Source of the DNA: an uncultured Actinomycetes bacterium
GTDB taxonomy: Bacteria; Actinomycetota; Thermoleophilia; Gaiellales; Gaiellaceae
Length of the DNA: 64,000 nt
Direction of reading: 5' to 3'
NCBI GenBank assembly: GCA_963791205.1
Contig: CAWBRK010000016.1
Location: 1,962-65,961, forward strand
Below the pieces are notes generated by a model. That model was not told the origin of the DNA and searched no databases. It saw only the letters and a program-made list of their open reading frames with translations. Each line of letters starts with the position of its first letter. Position 1 is the stretch's first letter. Below are positions 61,537-64,000 of the stretch, one piece after another. The position numbers and the translations under genes were made by a program.

Positions 61537-62973
61537 TTAGCGTGGTAAGGGCGCCGGTGCCAGGTCAGCTTCCGCCGTTTCGCTGAACGCCGCGCCGCGC
61601 GGGATCGTGCCCCAGCCTGGCCGCCTGCCGAGCAGCACGAGCATGGTCGCCCAGAGACGCCAGAGCGCGGTCAGAGGTCGGTACCAGAAGAGCTCGACGA
61701 GACTCCAGCCGGCGAGCACCATCAGGTCGCGCACGGTGTAGCGCCGGAACCCGACCTCTTCGATCAGGATCGCGCCGGCGGTCTGCAGCTGCCCGACGAG
61801 CAGCATGACCACGAACAGCGAGACCGCGAACGTCCACTCGATCGCGTGCAAGCCGACCAGTACGACCACGGACACCATCCCTGTCAGCTGCAGCAGCGGG
61901 CCGGCGGCCTCGAAGAGGAGCGCGTACGGCAGCGCCCAGAGCCCGACCGTGCCGAAGCGGCGGCGGCCGATCATCCTCCAGTGGATGCGCAGGTTGTCGC
62001 AGAGTCCGACATGCCAGCGGATCCGCTGCCCGCGCAGTGGGCCGAGAGCGGTCGGGATCTCCGTCCAGGCGTTCGCGTCGGCGGCGTGAACGACCCGGGC
62101 GCCCGGCCGCTGCGGACGGAGCTGATGGTGCAGGCGCATCACCATCTCCATGTCCTCGCCGAGCGTCTGCAGCGACAGCCCGCCGCCGTCCCGGATCAGA
62201 TCGCGCCGGAAGACGCCGAAGGCCCCTGAGATGATCACCAGCCCGTTCATCGCCGACCAGGCGATCCGCGCGCCGAAAAAGCTGCGCAGGTATTCGGATG
62301 TCTGGCTCGCTTCCGTCCCGCCGCGAGCGACATGCGGGACGGCGACCGCGTTGTTTTCGATCAACGCCCCGTTCGCGACGCGGACGCTGCCGCCGACTGC
62401 CACGACGTTGTCCGGGTCGGCGGCGAACACCTCGACAATTCGTTTCAGCGCGTCCCGTTCGAGCAGCGTGTCCGCGTCGACGATCGCGACCAGTTCCTTG
62501 TGAGCGACGTTCAAGCCCGCGTTGACGGCATCCGAGCGGCCGCCGTTTGCTTTCTGCAGGACACGCAGGCGGGGGTCTCTGCGGCTGACGAAGTAACGCA
62601 GGACAGGCTGGGTCGGGATCTTCATCCGGTCGCCGACCGGCAGCTCGACCAGATCGAAGGCGGCGTCGAGCGCCGCTGTCGTTCCGTCCTCCGACCCGTC
62701 GTCGACGATCACGACCTCGAGCGGGTCGTAGTCGGCGGCGAGCAGCGCCCCCGCGCTCGCGGCGATCAGCGGCGCCATGTTGAAGGCGGGAGCGATCAGG
62801 CTGATCCCGGGTCGGTGCATGCGCTCCGGCGGAGTGAACTGCCTGCCGCGTTCCAGCCCGGTCAGCACGGTCTCGTACAGCGAGCTGCAGATCAAGCCGA
62901 CGGTTGTCACCGCGTAGAAGACGAAGTAGACGAAGATCGCGAGCGACAGCCAGAAGAACACCGGCTCGGCCAC
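61537..62973 (-). CDS. Processive family-2 glycosyltransferase (PNAG/cellulose/chitin synthase-like)
   Basis: Intact 478-aa ORF; VIVDDGSEDGT, AIVDADT, ISGAFGVFRR, GQRIRWHVG (QxxRW). TM helices at both ends. GTG start directly abuts the upstream stop. Confidence 0.85.
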   Translation of the reverse strand: MAEPVFFWLSLAIFVYFVFYAVTTVGLICSSLYETVLTGLERGRQFTPPERMHRPGISLIAPAFNMAPLIAASAGALLAADYDPLEVVIVDDGSEDGTTAALDAAFDLVELPVGDRMKIPTQPVLRYFVSRRDPRLRVLQKANGGRSDAVNAGLNVAHKELVAIVDADTLLERDALKRIVEVFAADPDNVVAVGGSVRVANGALIENNAVAVPHVARGGTEASQTSEYLRSFFGARIAWSAMNGLVIISGAFGVFRRDLIRDGGGLSLQTLGEDMEMVMRLHHQLRPQRPGARVVHAADANAWTEIPTALGPLRGQRIRWHVGLCDNLRIHWRMIGRRRFGTVGLWALPYALLFEAAGPLLQLTGMVSVVVLVGLHAIEWTFAVSLFVVMLLVGQLQTAGAILIEEVGFRRYTVRDLMVLAGWSLVELFWYRPLTALWRLWATMLVLLGRRPGWGTIPRGAAFSETAEADLAPAPLPR

Positions 62974-63999
62974 TCAGACCGCTCCGACCGAGTCCATGAC
63001 CAGTGCCCGCTCGACCGGCCATGCCTGCGCGGAACGCGCAAGCACCCGCTCGGCGGCCGCAGCGGCGGCGGGACGGCGGGCCAGACGGACAATCGATTCG
63101 CCGGCGGCGACCGCGGTGTCCCGGTCAGGGTCGAGCAGCGCGTTCCCCGCCAGCTCCACCGCCTGCGGGTCGTCGTAACAGCCGAGCGCGTGGGTGGCCG
63201 CAGCCCGCACCGTCGCAACCTCGTCGCGGGAAGCCCGAGCAAGACCGGCAGGAAGCGTGCTGCCACCGACCTGCCCGAGCGCCTCCGCGGCGGCAGCCCG
63301 CACCGGAGCCTCCGGGTCTGCGAGCAGCGGTGGCAGATCCGCACGCGTCTGTTCGGGCTCGGAGACTGCCGCGACGCCGTAGCAGGAGGCGACCCGCACT
63401 GACTCCCGCTCGGAACGGAGCGCGTCCGTGAACGTCGGCGCAGCGGCAGCTCCGAACGAGACAATGGCGTCGTAGACCACGCCGGGCGGGACGCGTCCGG
63501 GCACTCGGAACAGCTCGCCGAGTTGGGGCAGCACCTGCGGGTCGCCGATCCGGCCGAGTGCCCGAACCGCCGCCTCCCGCACGTAGCGGTTGCGGTCGCC
63601 GATCCGTGAGATCAGCACCGGCAACGTTTCGTCCGCGCCGGCCCAACCGAGCGTTCTGACCGCGAGCGCCCGCCGCCATGGGATCCGGCTCCTGGTCCAG
63701 CGGACGAGCAGCTCGACCGCGCCGACCTCGCGCAGCACCTCCAGCAGCAGCCGTCGTTCCTCCGGCGCGGCCGCGCGAAAGCGTTCGATCAGAGCAGCTG
63801 CGGCCATTGGCCGTTCCAACTCGTCGAAGCCGTCAAGCTGGGACCGCAGCGACAGCCGGTCGCGGAGGCTCGTAGGTTGGTCGAGCTTCGCGATGACCTC
63901 GTCGAGCTGCGCCTGGAAGCGCCGTTCCCGGCCTCCGCGCAGGTACTGGCGTATTCGGCGACCGTGCACGAGCACGATCAGCAGCACGTTCAGTGCCAC
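62974..63999 (-). CDS. HEAT-repeat protein with N-terminal membrane anchor (5' end at or beyond the window edge)
   Basis: ALNVLLIVLVHG, then repeated ..VR.AA..ALG..GD.. units (VREAAVRALGRIGDPQVLPQL, VRAAAAEALGQVG, VRAAATHALGCYDDPQAV). Confidence 0.7.
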   Translation of the reverse strand: MALNVLLIVLVHGRRIRQYLRGGRERRFQAQLDEVIAKLDQPTSLRDRLSLRSQLDGFDELERPMAAAALIERFRAAAPEERRLLLEVLREVGAVELLVRWTRSRIPWRRALAVRTLGWAGADETLPVLISRIGDRNRYVREAAVRALGRIGDPQVLPQLGELFRVPGRVPPGVVYDAIVSFGAAAAPTFTDALRSERESVRVASCYGVAAVSEPEQTRADLPPLLADPEAPVRAAAAEALGQVGGSTLPAGLARASRDEVATVRAAATHALGCYDDPQAVELAGNALLDPDRDTAVAAGESIVRLARRPAAAAAAERVLARSAQAWPVERALVMDSVGAV

Positions 64000-64000
64000 C

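Overview
Very GC-rich (about 70% by eye) chromosomal DNA, probably from an Actinomycetota genome. Supporting signs are a mycobacterial-type SOS box, F420 genes, leaderless-type promoters and GC3-saturated codons. I resolve about 75 protein genes. They include a polX/F420 block (cofC-cofD-npdG-cofE), an ArsR-SRPBCC pair, pdxH, a compact OLD-family nuclease, and secreted hydrolases. Further along are a sigma-70 factor, two PAS-LuxR regulators flanking a K+ channel, a cspA-infA-CSD trio, and two large LuxR regulators each followed by small oxygenase or cyclase-type genes. The rest includes a GAF-GAF histidine kinase opposite an adenylate cyclase, a Tat multicopper oxidase, SOS-boxed dinB plus a YcaQ-like gene, M28 aminopeptidase, msrA, a PadR module, and a HEAT-repeat/processive GT2 pair running off the right edge. 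I found no rRNA, tRNA, CRISPR array, transposase, integrase or prophage. Two global caveats apply. First, more than half of the genes only give continuous, motif-complete proteins after 1-nt frame changes; I call these pseudogene as sequenced, but they may be assembly indels. Second, the left ~7.5 kb has visibly different codon usage from the rest. I do not see a clear, complete multi-gene novel system. The best leads are: (a) a relay of three ATGA-overlapping micro-ORFs feeding an EamA exporter; (b) a duplicated ~95-nt intergenic cassette (GNRA-loop palindrome, conserved 20-mer, -10 box, leaderless start) downstream of a LuxR regulator; (c) a compact standalone OLD-family ATPase-Toprim nuclease; (d) an effector-like protein with an eCIS/DUF4157-type leader next to a divergent TPR paralog pair; (e) a REP-like hairpin repeat. 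Hand-derived coordinates (starts, frameshift sites, motifs) may be off by 1-3 nt. All family calls come from motif recognition and memory, not database searches.
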